Shown here in pieces: positions 46,590-59,450 of a stretch of DNA of 64,000 nucleotides (position 1 is the stretch's first letter; every line of letters begins with the position of its first letter). The notes beneath the pieces were generated by a model. That model saw only the letters and a list, made by a program, of their open reading frames with translations, was not told the origin of the DNA and did not search any database. Both the position numbers and the translations under genes were made by a program. The DNA comes from Macrostomum lignano (lineage: Eukaryota): positions 1 to 64,000 of the forward strand of contig NIVC01000721.1 of the NCBI GenBank assembly GCA_002269645.1. The letters run 5' to 3'.

Positions 46590-48090
46590 ATGAACGGTAA
46601 GTGTCTCTTGTCTGCATGCATTCTTCTGCAGGATATCCTGACCTGATCTTAGATTCCTGCTGGGATTAACATTTCTGAGTCTCTCCTAATCTGAAACGAA
46701 TTGTTCTTCCGCCCTTCCCAATCCTCCTCGGCAGCCCTTCCCAATCCTCTTCCTCTCTTCCCAATCCTCTTCCGCCCTTCCCAATCCTCCTCGGCAGCCC
46801 TTCCCAATCCTCTTCAGCCCTTCCCAATCCTCTTCAGCCCTTCCCAATCCTCTTCAGCCCTTCCCAATCCTCTTCAGCCCTTCCCAATCCTCTTCAGCCC
46901 TTCCCAATCCTCTTCAGCCCTTCCCAATCCTCTTCCTCCCTTCACAATCCTCTTCCGCCCTTCCCAATCCTCTTCCTCTCTTCCCAACCCCCCTCCTTCC
47001 CTTCCTAATTCTCCAAGTGGTTTCTCTATGCTTCCCAATGGAATTCTAGTCTTTTAAAGCTCCAAGATCTCTAATGCACACGCAGCTTTCGCCTTGGTTC
47101 TACTTGTCGCCATGGCAACTGCTTGCTGCGAGGCTAGACTTTTGCGGCTATCGCAGTCACAGAAGATGGCCTTCCTCAAGGAGCACAACCGGCTGAGAGC
47201 GCAGACCGCCAAGGGGCACACAAGGGGCCAACCGTCTGCTTCAAACATGGCTGAACTGGTAAGCCGGCTTCCGGAAAATCCTTACTAGTGCCCGATTCTG
47301 CAGTCGAAATTGTGCTCAAGCAGCTCATAGAAATCCTCCTGTACCTCTCCCATCGCGCAGGTGTGGGACGACCGGCTGATGCGCAGCGCCAACCGGTGGG
47401 TTCGAAAGTGCCGGGTCGGCCACGACCGGGCCCGCGACCGACGACTGCCGGGCTTCAGCTGGGTCGGGCAGAACTGGGCTGGCGGGCACAGCCGCGACTT
47501 CACCAGGTGAGCTAGTGGGTCAGGCTATGCTCCTAGTGGGTCAGGCTATGCTCCTAGTGGGTCAGGCCATGCTCCTAGTGGGTCAGGCTATGCTCCTAGT
47601 GGGTCAGGCCATGCTCCTAGTGGGTCAGGCTATGCTCCTAGTGGGTCAGGCTATGCTCCTAGTGGGTCAGGCTATGCTCCTAGTGGGTCAGGCTATGCTC
47701 CTAGTGGGTCAGGCTATGCTCCTAGTGGGTCAGGCTGCTTGCAGCTAGTGGGTCAGGCTACTAAGCTTCTAGTGCAGGGTCATGGCTTGAATCCCGCCGC
47801 CCCCCCCCCATTGCAGATACGTTCGCATGTGGTTCAACGAGTACAAGTACTACAACTACTACAGAAAATCTTGCTCGAAGGTCTGCGGCCACTACACGCA
47901 GGTGGTATGGGCAAAGACGACCCGCGTGGGCTGCGGAGTGGCCAGGTGCGGCAGGTACCCGTACCACGTGGTGTGCAACTATGCCACTGGCGGCAACTTC
48001 AACAACGAGTTCCCGTACGCCAGGGGCAGGCCGGCCAGCCGCTGCGGTCGGCGCTTCCGGCGCAGGCGGAACGGCCTGTGCGTGGCCTGA
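46590..48090 (+). CDS. Secreted CAP/SCP (GLIPR/PR-1-like) protein, 4 exons, ~199 aa, Arg-rich C-terminus
   Basis: Exons 46590-46596, 47086-47258, 47361-47506, 47817-48090 join in frame. HNRLR, ASNMAELVWD, VGQN, CGHYTQVVWAKTTRVGCG, VCNY; TATAAATA at 46469. Confidence 0.92.
46705..46990. repeat. CT-rich ~19-bp minisatellite in CAP intron 1
   Basis: ccttcccaatcctcttcag tandem. Confidence 0.9.
47512..47765. repeat. 21-bp minisatellite (ctagtgggtcaggctatgctc) filling CAP intron 3
   Basis: About 12 copies starting 5 nt after the donor. Confidence 0.95.
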
Positions 48091-48405
48091 AAGTCGGACA
48101 GGCCCGGTTTTATTACTGACGATACTGTTCCCCAGAATGGTTTATGGATGCTCTGCTAAATCGAGTTTTAAAATGTCTGTTTTTATGGTGCTTAACAGTT
48201 TTAAAAAATATTCCACTTAAATATATCGATGCAATTGCGACTTATTTCGACTGCTATATTACAGCAAAAGTTGACGAGATAATTAAATTACCTCATTCAC
48301 TCTGTAAGCTTAAGCAAGGAGTTCTATACGTAGCAATCTGGAGTGGAAGCGAGTTTTACCTCTAGGCGACGCCAATTGTAAAGATAAGGAGCCAGCACTG
48401 AATGT

Positions 48406-48859
48406 CTATGGCTCTGTCAGACTCTGTTTTACCTCACGAGGCCAGACCCCCACAGATTCTATAAACGCTAGATGGCTCACTCCGCGAAAAATCTTGCTCC
48501 CAAACAGATCGTCTATGGTTGGAATCGCTATTTTAGCCCTAACTAAACTACTTGATGAGGACGCACTTTTTCCCAAATCCCGCGCTAGCACATGGGCTCT
48601 AAACTTACTTGCCTACTAACAGTGGGCAGTGGGCATTTTTATCCTTTTTCTGCGAATTTTCATAGAATCTATACTAGATATAATGTCTGGCCATACTAGT
48701 AGTCATAATAACATAGGCGCAGCTTTTTGGGTCATAAATCATCGCTTTCGAAGCTGATCTGACAGCCACCTGCGCCTCACTCAGTGTTGAAGCGGGCGCC
48801 AGATGATCTGAGAGGATGCGGGCGGTAGCTTTTTTCTCATCATTTTGACAGGCCATCAA
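48406..48859 (-). mobile_element. Highly degraded Ty3/Gypsy-like pol fragments
   Basis: RAKIAIPTIDDLFGSKIF resembles the Gypsy RT PxIDDL...GSKIF motif; EAQVA...KAMIYDPK resembles the RT-RNase H linker; fragment order looks rearranged. Confidence 0.35.
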
Positions 48860-49145
48860 GATTTATGAGGTCAGAGCCTATTGTTCGGGTTCACTCAAGC
48901 GTGTGACAGCTTTGACAGCTATGCGTTTTACCCCTAAAAGTACCTTGGGATTAGCGATTAGCGATTTCTCTTCATTATCTTCACTTTCTATTTAATAAGA
49001 GCTTTCTTAATTAATTTCTTTCTTTCATTAATTTCTGTCAATCCTACGCGAAAAGTCATAAATCATTTTGTTGCGATTTTGAGTGATTTATGGCCGCACC
49101 TGTCATCTTTTTACGACCCTGTGGGAACTGATAGGATCTCTCGGT

Positions 49146-49276
49146 CACGTGATTCTGGGTAGCAACGAGCTTAGCCAATCAGAAAATTCGGCGCTCATTT
49201 TAACAAAACGGCTCAGCCAATCAGAATCGACGTGTTCCGTTATAACAAACTGCGGTCCAGTTGGCGGCTATTTAAA
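49146..49276 (+). promoter_or_regulatory. Promoter-like cluster: CACGTG, two agccaatcag boxes and TATTTAAA with no downstream ORF
   Basis: cacgtg 49146, ccaat 49175 and 49217, tatttaaa 49269. Confidence 0.4.
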
Positions 49277-51163
49277 CCGGAGTTTTTGGCCCGCTCGGAC
49301 GCAACTACTTCTTCTTACTTTGGCTCGGGCCCAGCGCGCAACTTCTGGTTCCCGGAGCACGACCGTCGTTTCTTGATCCCCGGATTGCAACTTCCCCCAT
49401 CATCATCAAGGACGAGTCCCCCGGTCGACAGCAGCGAACATCCAGTTAAGAGCATCACCTGCTAGCTAACAGCGAAGATTGTGACAGCATCATCCCGAGT
49501 CTACAGCTGCAGAACATCGAGCCGATTCGGTCACTGTGGAATACCTGGTCTCCGGCTGTTGAGTTTCTGATTGGTTGGGTGAGAGGCTACCTAGACTTGC
49601 TTGATTGGGTGATCCCTTTTCTGCCCCCTGTTGCAGTAGCTGAATTAGGCGCACACTTTTGCTCATTTTGTTCAGTAGTGCTGTTGCTGAGGCAGGAATC
49701 ATTCAATAATACTGCTAGTAGTCTAAGACTCCAATTCAATCTAAAGTGTGAAGTGAACTAAGGAGAAGGTTAAATCTAACAGTTATCTTTGTCGGCTTTA
49801 TTTCTTTGTTCGCCGATGGCTCAGATGAGTAGCTAAGCTAGTAGGCGCCGGTCACAGTGGACCAATGGCAAGGCAGTTCTCAGTCGACCAATCTAACAAA
49901 TCAGTGAGCAAAACTGCCAAAAGTGCAGAATCGGCGCCAGAGATGTACTTTGTGCACTCTAGGGTAGCCAAGCGGCTCGGGTAAATGAATCATGCGGTCT
50001 CTGAAGTTCGAGTTAGTCTATCATCAGCGCTATGAGAGGCTAGTTGGCGCGTTGAAGGCCAAAAGTACATATCTTCGTATTTAGCAATGTAATAGTACAT
50101 GTAGCTACCCCATAGACTCGCCACCGCAAGAATCCCCTGCACAAGTCCCCTCTGTACCTGCATGGCCAATGCGATCTAGTCCCAGCAGTGTCCCTTATCA
50201 TCGGCTATGACTTCGAGATTGACAGCAAAAAGACACTAGTTGGCAGGTAAGTGCAAAGCCCCTTCTAGTCGGAAGCCCGATTTCGAGAGTCCCGGTGTGG
50301 TGAGCCAGGGCGCACGGGCTGGTGGCAGCAAGTTAGTTGATCTGCGGATTAGCTAATTTCTACTTTCAAAATTCTCCCTGCTCGTCTCTCGCTGTCCCTC
50401 TCTTAGCTATAGGACCTAGACTGCTCGCCACACGATCAAGCTACCATGGGGCTGACCATCTGACAGGAGTGGGGGGCCAGGTCTCTAATTGATTTATTTC
50501 TGAGCCTGAGGCCCGAAGGCTTCCCTAACAAGGAGCCCGAAGGTCGAAACCCATCATACTCTTAAACGCAGGCTTTTAATGTGTTCTATACTCTTCTACT
50601 TTGTTCTATTCTTCTAGCTATGGGAAGTGAAAGCGAGGAAGTGAATTGCCGAACTTTTTGCACTTTTTTTCTCAAATTTCACACTGTCCTTCGTTTAGAT
50701 AAAAGCAGCATACTGTGAAAAGCTGACGTCAATAGGACCTGCTTGTCACACGTTATACCACAATTATCGGCACTTAAACAAAGGCATATCGTAAAGAAGT
50801 CTCTTAAAGTGCCGATAATTTTCGCATAAATTCTGATTGGAAAATCCTACTGCCTTCAGATTTTCACAACCTGGTGCCATCATTTGTGGAGGTGGCTGGG
50901 TAAAACTGGAAGCCTCCGAATTTGTTGAATCAAAATTTATAGCGAAATTTCGGCACTTTCGAGGCAAAAACATTAAGCATTGAACAGATAGGAGATTTAA
51001 AGGCACTTTATTGTATACATACAATAAGGCACAGCAGATTTTTGAGTTCATTACCAGAAGCTTGTTGGTTTTCGCCTCGGTGTTCAGTGTCAAATATATA
51101 ATTCTATCTAGTTGTTGCAGGAGAAAGAACTGGGTGTGCTAGAATCAGTGAGAGAAAAGTATA

Positions 51164-51866
51164 CCTTTTTACGTTCTATTTGATAAAAACTGCAACCAAT
51201 TTGGCCACGGCTCAGCCTGACCATAGACATAGAATTTTCCATAGACAGCCACCGCTAGCGGCAACCAATTTGGTAAAAACTGCGAGCTATTTTGCCAGCT
51301 TGAAGATAGCAGCTGCTCTGATGGCGAATCGTGGGCCGTACCAAAAGATAAGTCAGCTGGATCGAGAGCGAATCGTGAGAGCGTACAGGAGTGGCGACGA
51401 CTGGGGAGAGCTTGGCAGAATGATGGGGATGAAGAAACCGACAGTGAGGAACATCGTGACCACGTATGAACGAACTGGTAGAGTTGGCACTCTGCCAAAA
51501 GGAGGAGTGAAGAGGATGGCGCTGACGGAGGCTATGGTGGACACCATTGTTCAATTCGTCGAAGGTCAACCTACTGCCTCTCACGCCTCTCAAGTGCCTG
51601 CGCTGGATCAACCATTCCCAGACGTACTTCAATCGGTGCTTGAATGCTGAGGACATAATGTTCTGACTTCGTGCATGTATTGTTAACATTCTTTATCGTT
51701 ATTGTTATGCTATTGAGATGCTATCTTCAAGCTGGCAAAATAGCTCGCAGTTTTTACCAAATTGGTTGCCGCTAGCGGTGGCTGTCTATGGAAAATTGCT
51801 GCGGCTGCGTCAGGCTGAGCCGTGGCCAAATTGGTTGCAGTTTTTATCAAATAGAACGTAAAAAGG
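51164..51866 (+). mobile_element. Long-TIR (148 bp) IS630/Tc1-like non-autonomous element B with an HTH-only ORF (51321-51650, 109 aa)
   Basis: TIRs 51164-51311 and 51719-51866; same TATA|CCTTTT termini as element A; MANRGPYQKISQLDRERIVRAYRSGDDWGELGRMMGMKKPTVRNIV aligns by eye to element A. Confidence 0.85.
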
Positions 51867-52701
51867 TATATTTTTGCTGGCTCTACGCTAGTTATAAGCT
51901 GCTGGCGCGGGGGGGGGAGCGAAGTCTCGCGAGCGAGGGATTCCAACCATAGACAGTGAGAATTTGGCCTCCACTGAAGGAATGGAGAGTGAGCCATCTA
52001 GTGTTTATAGAGTCTGTGGGCCAGACTAACATAGACAAACACTTTTTTCACTCCAGGTTGCTAAGAGGCTCTTGGCTAGAGGCTCTAAAATTATAGAAGC
52101 TGCACGCTTCGCACTAAACATTTTACCATAGAACCTGTGATTGCCTTACTTTGACCATAGACAACAACTGCGATAAGTGCTGATTTTGCATGCGTCTTGT
52201 CAAGCTACCTGATATGTCTCGTCTGCCAGCCGCACTTATTAATTGGAAACCTCTTCCTGTCGACGCCTTAAAAACAGTGTAAATATGTAAGAGTTGCAAT
52301 TTTTGTCTGAACTTCGCTTGAATAATAACCGATACCAAAGGAAGCTCATCAGACGAACAAGTTACTGCAAGCCAAGACTTGCATCTTTCAATTAGCAAGT
52401 TCGACAACTATACTTTAGCACCTAAAGGAGGAGACCAACCAGTGCTAAATCATTAGGCTTAAGTGTCTAGCATCTTTGGGAACTGCCGCTTTGAGAACTG
52501 TACGCATCACCTTGGGTTATCACATCGTCAAGTTTCGACTACAAACTGATGAAGTGCTCTGGGGCATAATTTATCATGAACTCTTTTCGTATTGCTGCTG
52601 TACTTCAGTTTTATTGATTGTTGCCTATTTTGTTCGTTTACGAGCTACTCCGTTCTGTATTTATTAACAAAAATACTCTGCGATAAATGTTTTGAATCCA
52701 A

Positions 52702-53657
52702 ATGTCTATGGTAATATAGCGTTTTGCAGCCCATTTGGGCTTACGCGCATTGAATTTAATCCAAGATATGTTTGTCAAAGTAATGGAGCTTTTGTCTATG
52801 GTAGCAAGGCTGGCACAGCGGCATTTAATTTGGTCCAACAAGCATTAATTTGGTCCAACAAGCATCAATTTGGTCCATTTAGTTCATTTGCAGCTCAGTC
52901 CCAGAATTGTGGACCATATGCTAGGCTGTTGAACGGATGTCATTGGCTTGTGATCGAAGCACTCGACGGAGGTGAACACCCAAAGGACATTGCAAGGTTG
53001 CTGAATGTAAAAGAAAAGGTGGTTTACAGCATCCAGCAGCGCCTTGAAACTCTGCCGACAGAGATTGCCTGCGAAAGGGTGGCAATCGCCAAGGAAAGTT
53101 GCTCGAGAGCCTCAGGTCCAACTGCTACTCGATGCAGTGGAGACGAACCCTTTGTTGACGCTGCAGAAAATGCAGCAGAAGTTGAGGGAACAGCTCCAGT
53201 TGGTTATCAGATTTTGACTATCAGCAGAGCTCTGGAAAAGCAACTGAAAACTTTTGGTAGAGACGCTGACATTCCAGCGGTGCGCAACAACCTGCAGACG
53301 GTTGAGAGAAGGCCAATGGCTCACGAGTGTTTGGACCAAATAGATGCTTGTTGGACCAAATTAAATGCCGCTGCGCCAGCCTTGCTACCATAGACAAAAG
53401 CTCTGTTACATTGGCAAACGCATCTTGAATTAAATTAAATGCGCGTAAGCCCAAATGGTAGATTAACGCGCACTCGTGCCAAGACTATTTACGCACTCGA
53501 AACCTAGTGATAGATTAATTGATTTATGAGCAAAGCATTCTTCTGGTTTTAGCCATAGACATAGATAGATAACGCGACTGTGCAGTAAATCCCAAGCCGT
53601 GCAGTAAATCCATTTAAGAATGCTTGGCCATGTCAATGGGCTGCAAAATGCTATATT
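52702..53657 (+). mobile_element. Long-TIR IS630/Tc1-like element C, frameshifted HTH region, right TIR split by a ~180-bp insertion
   Basis: Inverted arms ~52702-52878 vs ~53333-53459 plus 53638-53657. GPYARLL...GEHPKDIARLLNVK; VETNPLLTLQKMQQKL in another frame; TISRALE...PAVRNN; outer termini unresolved. Confidence 0.7.
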
Positions 53658-53730
53658 TGAAAACTGTGGAAAAATGACCAAAAGTTGTTCCAATTGTGAA
53701 CGTGTGTAAGTATCAGTACAATGGATAAAT

Positions 53731-53814
53731 AATCAGCGGTCCCAGTGCGTGACAACGATTGTCTGCCGCCGGCGCTCGCCAGACAATCGTTGTCACGCAC
53801 TGGGACCGCTGATT
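53731..53814. other. Perfect 35-bp inverted repeat with a 14-nt GC-rich loop
   Basis: aatcagcggtcccagtgcgtgacaacgattgtctg (53731-65) is the exact reverse complement of 53780-53814. Confidence 0.95.
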
Positions 53815-54199
53815 CTTTGCATTGTTTTTCTGTTTGACGATCCTACAGACAATGCATTGTTTGTAGTAATGGATTGTTCTGCATTAAAAATGTGAATAAT
53901 GATCGTCAAATTGCTAAACAATGATCATGATCATTCATTATTCATCACTTCTTCTATGGCCATAGAATTTTCCGAACGGGAATAAGAAGCAAACAAACAA
54001 TAATCCATATATCAAAACGGTGACAACGGAGTCTAAAAGAAGACTATAAGCAGCAGAACAGCTTTTATTTTACTTGAATAGCAGCGACCTGTAAAACAAC
54101 AGGAAAAACAACCGGAATTATGAAGTTTGCCAAACAATGCCGAAATCAACGAGTAAAAATTAAAACAAAAACTAATTGTCTGTAAATAACGGCTGTAAA

Positions 54200-55045
54200 A
54201 GAGAACAGGCTCTGTAAGGGAGCGGATCCTGTAGGGAACAGGCTCTGTAAAGGAGCGGATCCTGTAGGAAACAGGCTCTGTAAGGGGGCGGATCCTGTAG
54301 GGAACAGGCTCTGTAAGGGGGCGGATCCTGTAGGGAACAGGCTCTGTAAGGGGGCAGATCCTGTAGGGAACAGGCTCTGTAAGGGGGCGGATCCTATAGA
54401 AAACAGGCTCTGTAAGGGGGCGGATCCTGTAGGGAACAGGCTCTGTAAGGCGGCGGATCCTGTAGGGAACAGGCTCTGTAAGGGAGCGGATCCTGTAGGG
54501 AACAGGCTCTGTAAAGGAGCGGATCCTGTAGGAAACAGGCTCTGTAAGGGGGCGGATCCTGTAGGAAACAGGCTCTGTAAGGGGGCGGATCCTGTAGGGA
54601 ACAGGCTCTGTAAGGGGGCGGATCCTGTAGGGAACAGGCTCTGTAAGGGGGCGGATCCTGTAGGGAACAGGCTCTGTAAGGGGGCGGATCCTGTAGGGAA
54701 CAGGCTCTGTAAGGGAGCGGATCCTGTAGGGAACAGGCTCTGTAAGGGGGCAGATCCTGTAGGGAACAGGCTCTGTAAGGGAGCGGATCCTGAAGGGAAC
54801 AGGCTCTGTAAAGGAGCGGATCCTGTAGGAAACAGGCTCTGTAAGGGGGCGGATCCTGTAGGAAACAGGCTCTGTAAGGCGGCGGATCCTGTAGGGAACA
54901 GGCTCTGTAAGGGGGCGGATCCTGTAGGGAACAGGCTCTGTAAGGGGGCGGATCCTGTAGGGAACAGGCTCTGTAAGGGGGCGGATCCTGTAGGGAACAG
55001 GCTCTGTAAGGGGGCGGATCCTGTAGGGAACAGGCTCTGTAAGGG
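54200..55045. repeat. 33-bp minisatellite (gtaagggggcggatcctgtagggaacaggctct) abutting the MEIOB 3' end
   Basis: About 25 copies. Confidence 0.95.
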
Positions 55046-55120
55046 GCGGGTTTGATTCAGTTGATTTTAAATCTGCTAGCAACAGCGGAGAAAGTTGAAC
55101 AAAATGAAAAGTGGCCCCAA

Positions 55121-57751
55121 TCAAAGGGCGGACAAGCGCAGGCACTGGGCGAGCTCCTGAGTGTCAACTGGCTGACAAGCCAGCAGCTGCATGCACGGCC
55201 TGGGCTGCAGATGCGTGGCTCGAACCACTCGAACGTAGAACTTCAGCCGAGTGAACAGCAGTCGGGACCGGACTCTGGACAGGTGCGCCTGGCTGGCTGA
55301 GCGAAGTTGATCCAGGCTGCCCAATCCGCACAGCTGCAGCAGCACCTGCGGGCGGTCAGGAGGGGATCAGGAGAATCGGGAATGGAAGCCTGGGGTGCTG
55401 GTTTGCTTTCTATACCGTCTCCTCTCCCTACCGTCTCCCCCTCCCTACCGTCTCCCCCTCCCTACCGTCTCCTCTCCCTACCGTCTCCCCTCCCTACCGT
55501 CTCCCCCTCCCTACCGTCTCCCCCTCCCTACCGTCTCCTCTCCCTACCGTCTCCCCCTCCCTACCGTCTCCTCTCCCTACCGTCTCCCCCTCCCTACCGT
55601 CTCCTCTCCCTACCGTCTCCTCTCCCTACCGTCTCCCCCTCCCTACCGTCTCCCCCTCCCTACCGTCTCCCCCTCCCTACCGTCTCCCCCTCCCTACTGT
55701 CTCCTCTCCCTACCGTCTCCTCTCCCTACCGTCTCCCCCTCCCTACCGTCTCCTCTCCCTACCGTCTCCTCTCCCTACCGTCTCCCCCTCCCTACCGTCT
55801 CCTCTCCCTACCGTCTCCCCCTCCCTACCGTCTCCTCTCCCTACCGTCTCCCCCTCCCTACCGTCTCCCCCTCCCTACCGTCTCCTCTCCCTACCGTCTC
55901 CCCCTCCCTACCGTCTCCTCTCCCTACCGTCTTTCCCTCCCTACCGTCTCCCCCTCCCTACCGTCTCCTCTCCCTACCGTCTCCCCCTCCCTACCGTCTC
56001 CTCTCCCTACCGTCTCCCCCTCCCTACCGTCTTTCCCTCCCTACCGTCTCCCCCTCCCTACCGTCTCCCCCTCCCTATCGTCTCCCCCTCCCTACCGTCT
56101 CCCCCTCCCTACCGTCTCCCCCTCCCTACCGTCTCCTCTCCCTACCGTCTCCCTCTCCCTACCGTCTCCCCCTCCCTACCGTCTCCCCCTCCCTACCGTC
56201 TCCTCTCCCTACCGTCTCCTCTCCCTACCGTCTCCCCCTCCATACCGTCTCCCCCTCCCTACCGTCTCCCCCTCCCTACCGTCTCCTCTCCCTACCGTCT
56301 TTCCCTCCCTACCGTCTCCCCTCCCTACCGTCTCCCCCTCCCTACCGTCTCCCCCTCCCTACCGTCTCCTCTCCCTACCGTCTCCCCCTCCCTACCGTCT
56401 CCTCTCCCTACCGTCTTTCCCTCCCTACCGTCTCCCCCTCCCTACCGTCTCCTCTCCCTACCGTCTCCCCCTCCCTACCGTCTCCTCTCCCTACCGTCTC
56501 CCCCTCCCTACCGTCTTTCCCTCCCTACCGTCTCCCCCTCCCTACCGTCTCCCCCTCCCTATCGTCTCCCCCTCCCTATCGTCTCCCCCTCCCTATCGTC
56601 TCCCCCTCTCTACCGTCACCCCCTCTCTACCGTCTCCCCCTCTCTACCAACTCCCCCTCCCTACCATCTTTCCCTCTCTATCATCTCCCCCTCTCTACCG
56701 AATCCCCCTATCTCCACATATTTTTTCTCCCTCTCTCCTTTCTCCTTTTCAATCGTCTTCTCCTCCGTTTCCTCCATCCTCCATCTCCCCGCTCTCCCTC
56801 TCCCGCATGACTCCCACTCCAGAGTCCCTACTCTGCGACAGCATACAGGACTCTGAAATATTGCTCCAACAGGCCCCAGCGCCACACACCAACCCATAGA
56901 CGGCAAGCAGCACGAAGCGCACCTGTCCCTGCGCCCGCATATGAAAAGTGCCGGTGTGATCGGCCGCCTCCAGAGTAACGCTGGCCACTTCAGTCGGCGG
57001 CATCGCGGCACCAGCGCAACCAGCGTTCTGGCAGCCGGCCTGGCGGCCACCAGCTGCGGCCTCCGGCTCCGCGGCTCGGCCGGCGCACACAGTGCAGCGC
57101 AGGGAGATCGGCGGCGACTCGGCGCTGCCGATGTTCAACTCCGTGAGACAGGCGAAGGCGATGGCGTACTCGACACCCGGCGGCGGGCAGCTGGACAGCT
57201 TGAATGCCGTCAGCACGGTGTGGATTGCGTGCAGCGGCGGAGCCACCTGCTGTTGATGCAGCAGATGTCGCTGGGCTCCGTGGCCGGCATGCTCGGTGAC
57301 GTCATCAGTGACATCCTCGTCAATCTCCTCGTTGTTGGCAGTTGCCGCTGCGGCGCCGAGATCGCCGCCAGTCTCAAGCAGGTCGGCCGCCTGAGACAGC
57401 AGAGCGGCGGCCTCGGAGCACAGCGGATCGACGATCAGGACGGTGCGCTTGTCGACCGTGCCCTCGGCGGCGTCGCTGCGGAATCTGCCGGCCGAAGACA
57501 CCCGGCAGTCGACCACGCTGACCACCTGGCCGGGTCGGAGCGCCGCAGCGGCCTCGCAGTTCTCCGGCCCCCAGAAGGTGAGGGGAAACGAGCGGCAGGT
57601 TGCGTCGCATAAAATCAGCTGGGCCCGGCAGGTGTCGCGGCCCTCGCGCGTAGTGAGCTGGCGCGGCGGGTGGACGCGCTGGATTAGCGCCAGTAGGCTG
57701 GCGTACTGCGGCTGGTCTGTGGCGCAGCGAAGCGCCTGGAGAAGGCGTTCG

Positions 57752-57793
<42 letters not shown>

Positions 57794-57834
57794 CAGTTAG
57801 TTAGTTAGTTAGTCAGTTAGTTAGTTAGTTAGTC

Positions 57835-57883
<49 letters not shown>

Positions 57884-58459
57884 CTTAGTTACTTAGTTAG
57901 TTAGTCAGTTAGTTAGTTAGTCAGTTAGTTAGTTAGTCAGTTAGTTAGTTAGTTAGTCAGTTAGTTAGTTAGTAGTCGCTAAGGTGCGCACCTGGCCAAG
58001 CGTCACGTGCTCGGATGCCGGTCGCAGCAGCTGGCGGCGCAGCCGTTCAAACGCAGTCACCTCGCTGGGGTCGATGAGGCGGCAGCAGACAACGCTGCCG
58101 CGGTTCTCGCTGACGCTGAGGCTGAAGGGCAGGCCGCCGCTGACCCGATAAGCTGGGTTTTGCGGCGGCCTGACCGAGGCGTTGACAATGTCCACCACCG
58201 AGCCCAGGCGCGCGTGGTCGCGGCTCACGGTTCTCACGTGACCGTCGTCGCCCCAGATAGACACCTGGCAGTAGGCGGAGGGGCTGTCGCGCAGCGTGAT
58301 CGTCAGGACGCTGGACTGCCGGCCCTGGCGGGTGTTGACAAGGCGGGGCGAGTCCTTGGCGATGATCAGGCCGCGGACTGTGAAATGGGTGGCGTCGGGG
58401 GTCAGCGAGTCCAAGGACCGATGCGGACAGTCCACGGGCAGGCGCAGGAAGTCGGACAT
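55121..58459 (-). CDS. MEIOB: Meiosis-specific OB-fold ssDNA-binding protein, 3 exons, ~501 aa
   Basis: Exons 58459-57992, 57735-56923, 55345-55121 all join in phase 0. GLIIAK, TLRDSPSAYCQVSIWG, LSVSENRGSV, LCDATCRSFPLTFWG, DHTGTF match MEIOB OB folds; Zn-binding CxxC in exon 2. Confidence 0.88.
55412..56700. repeat. 16-17-bp CT-rich minisatellite (ctccctaccgtctcc[c/t]) filling MEIOB intron 2
   Basis: About 1.3 kb of tandem copies; spurious 530/471-aa ORFs. Confidence 0.95.
57752..57972. repeat. (TTAG)n microsatellite filling MEIOB intron 1
   Basis: About 55 units with tcag variants. Confidence 0.97.
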
Positions 58460-58544
58460 GGCTGGAATGCCGAGCAGCTGCTGGGTGATTCATCACACAG
58501 CGGCGCTAGTTTCAATAGGAGAAGTGTGGGATTCAGAGACCGGC

Positions 58545-59450
58545 GAGTGAATATGGATAGGGAGAAATGTGAGATTCAGGGACTGGGAAGTGAACATGGA
58601 GTGGGAGAAATGTGAGATTCAGGGACCGGGGACTGAACATGGAGTGGGAGAAATGTTGAGATTCAGGGACCGGGGAGTGAACATGGAGTGGGAGAAATGT
58701 TGAGATTCAGGGACCGGGGAGTGAACATGGATAGGGAGAAATGTGAGATTCAGGGACTGGGAAGTGAATATGGATAGGGAGAAATGTGAGATTCAGGGAC
58801 TGGGAAGTGAATATGGATAGGGAGAAATGTGAGATTCAGGGACTGGGAAGTGAATATGGATAGGGAGAAATGTGAGATTCAGGGACTGGGAAGTGAATAT
58901 GGATAGGGAGAAATGTGAGATTCAGGGACTGGGAAGTGAATATGGATAGGGAGAAATGTGAGATTCAGGGACCGGGGAGTGAACATGGAGTGGGAGAAAT
59001 GTTGAGATTCAGGGACCGGGGAGTGAACATGGAGTGGGAGAAATGTTGAGATTCAGGGACCGGGGAGTAAACATGGAGTGGGAGAAATGTTGAGATTCAG
59101 GGACCGGGGAGTGAACATGGAGTGGGAGAAATGTTGAGATTCAGTGACCGGAGAGTGAACATGGAGTGGGAGAAATGTTGAGATTCAGTGACCGGGGAGT
59201 GAACATGGAGTGGGAGAAATGTTGAGATTCAGGGACCGGGGACTGAACATGGAGTGGGAGAAATGTTGAGATTCAGGGACCGGGGACTGAACATGGAGTG
59301 GGAGAAATGTTGAGATTCAGGGACCGGGGACTGAACATGGAGTGGGAGAAATGTTGAGATTCAGGGACCGGGAGTGAAAATGGACAGAAAGAGAGGTGAG
59401 ATTCAGAGACCGGAAGGAAAGAAACATGGAGAGAGAGAGAAAAGTGAGAT
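58545..59450. repeat. ~43-bp minisatellite between MEIOB and the CAP-EGF gene
   Basis: gggagaaatg(t)tgagattcagggac(t/c)ggg(a/g)agtgaa(t/c)atgga tandem, two variant blocks. Confidence 0.95.

Noticed and set aside
50495-50560. Hammerhead-like fragments (ctgag-gcc-cgaa-ggc; gagcc-cgaa-ggtc-gaaac)
   Set aside because: The CUGANGA core is not intact and stems I/III could not be built; at most a decayed remnant
57752-57972. (TTAG)n as an interstitial telomere
   Set aside because: The unit is TTAG, not TTAGG or TTAGGG, and it sits inside a normal MEIOB intron
58545-59450. Regularly spaced ~43-bp repeats resembling a CRISPR array
   Set aside because: Units are directly adjacent with no unique spacers, there are no cas genes, and the context is eukaryotic
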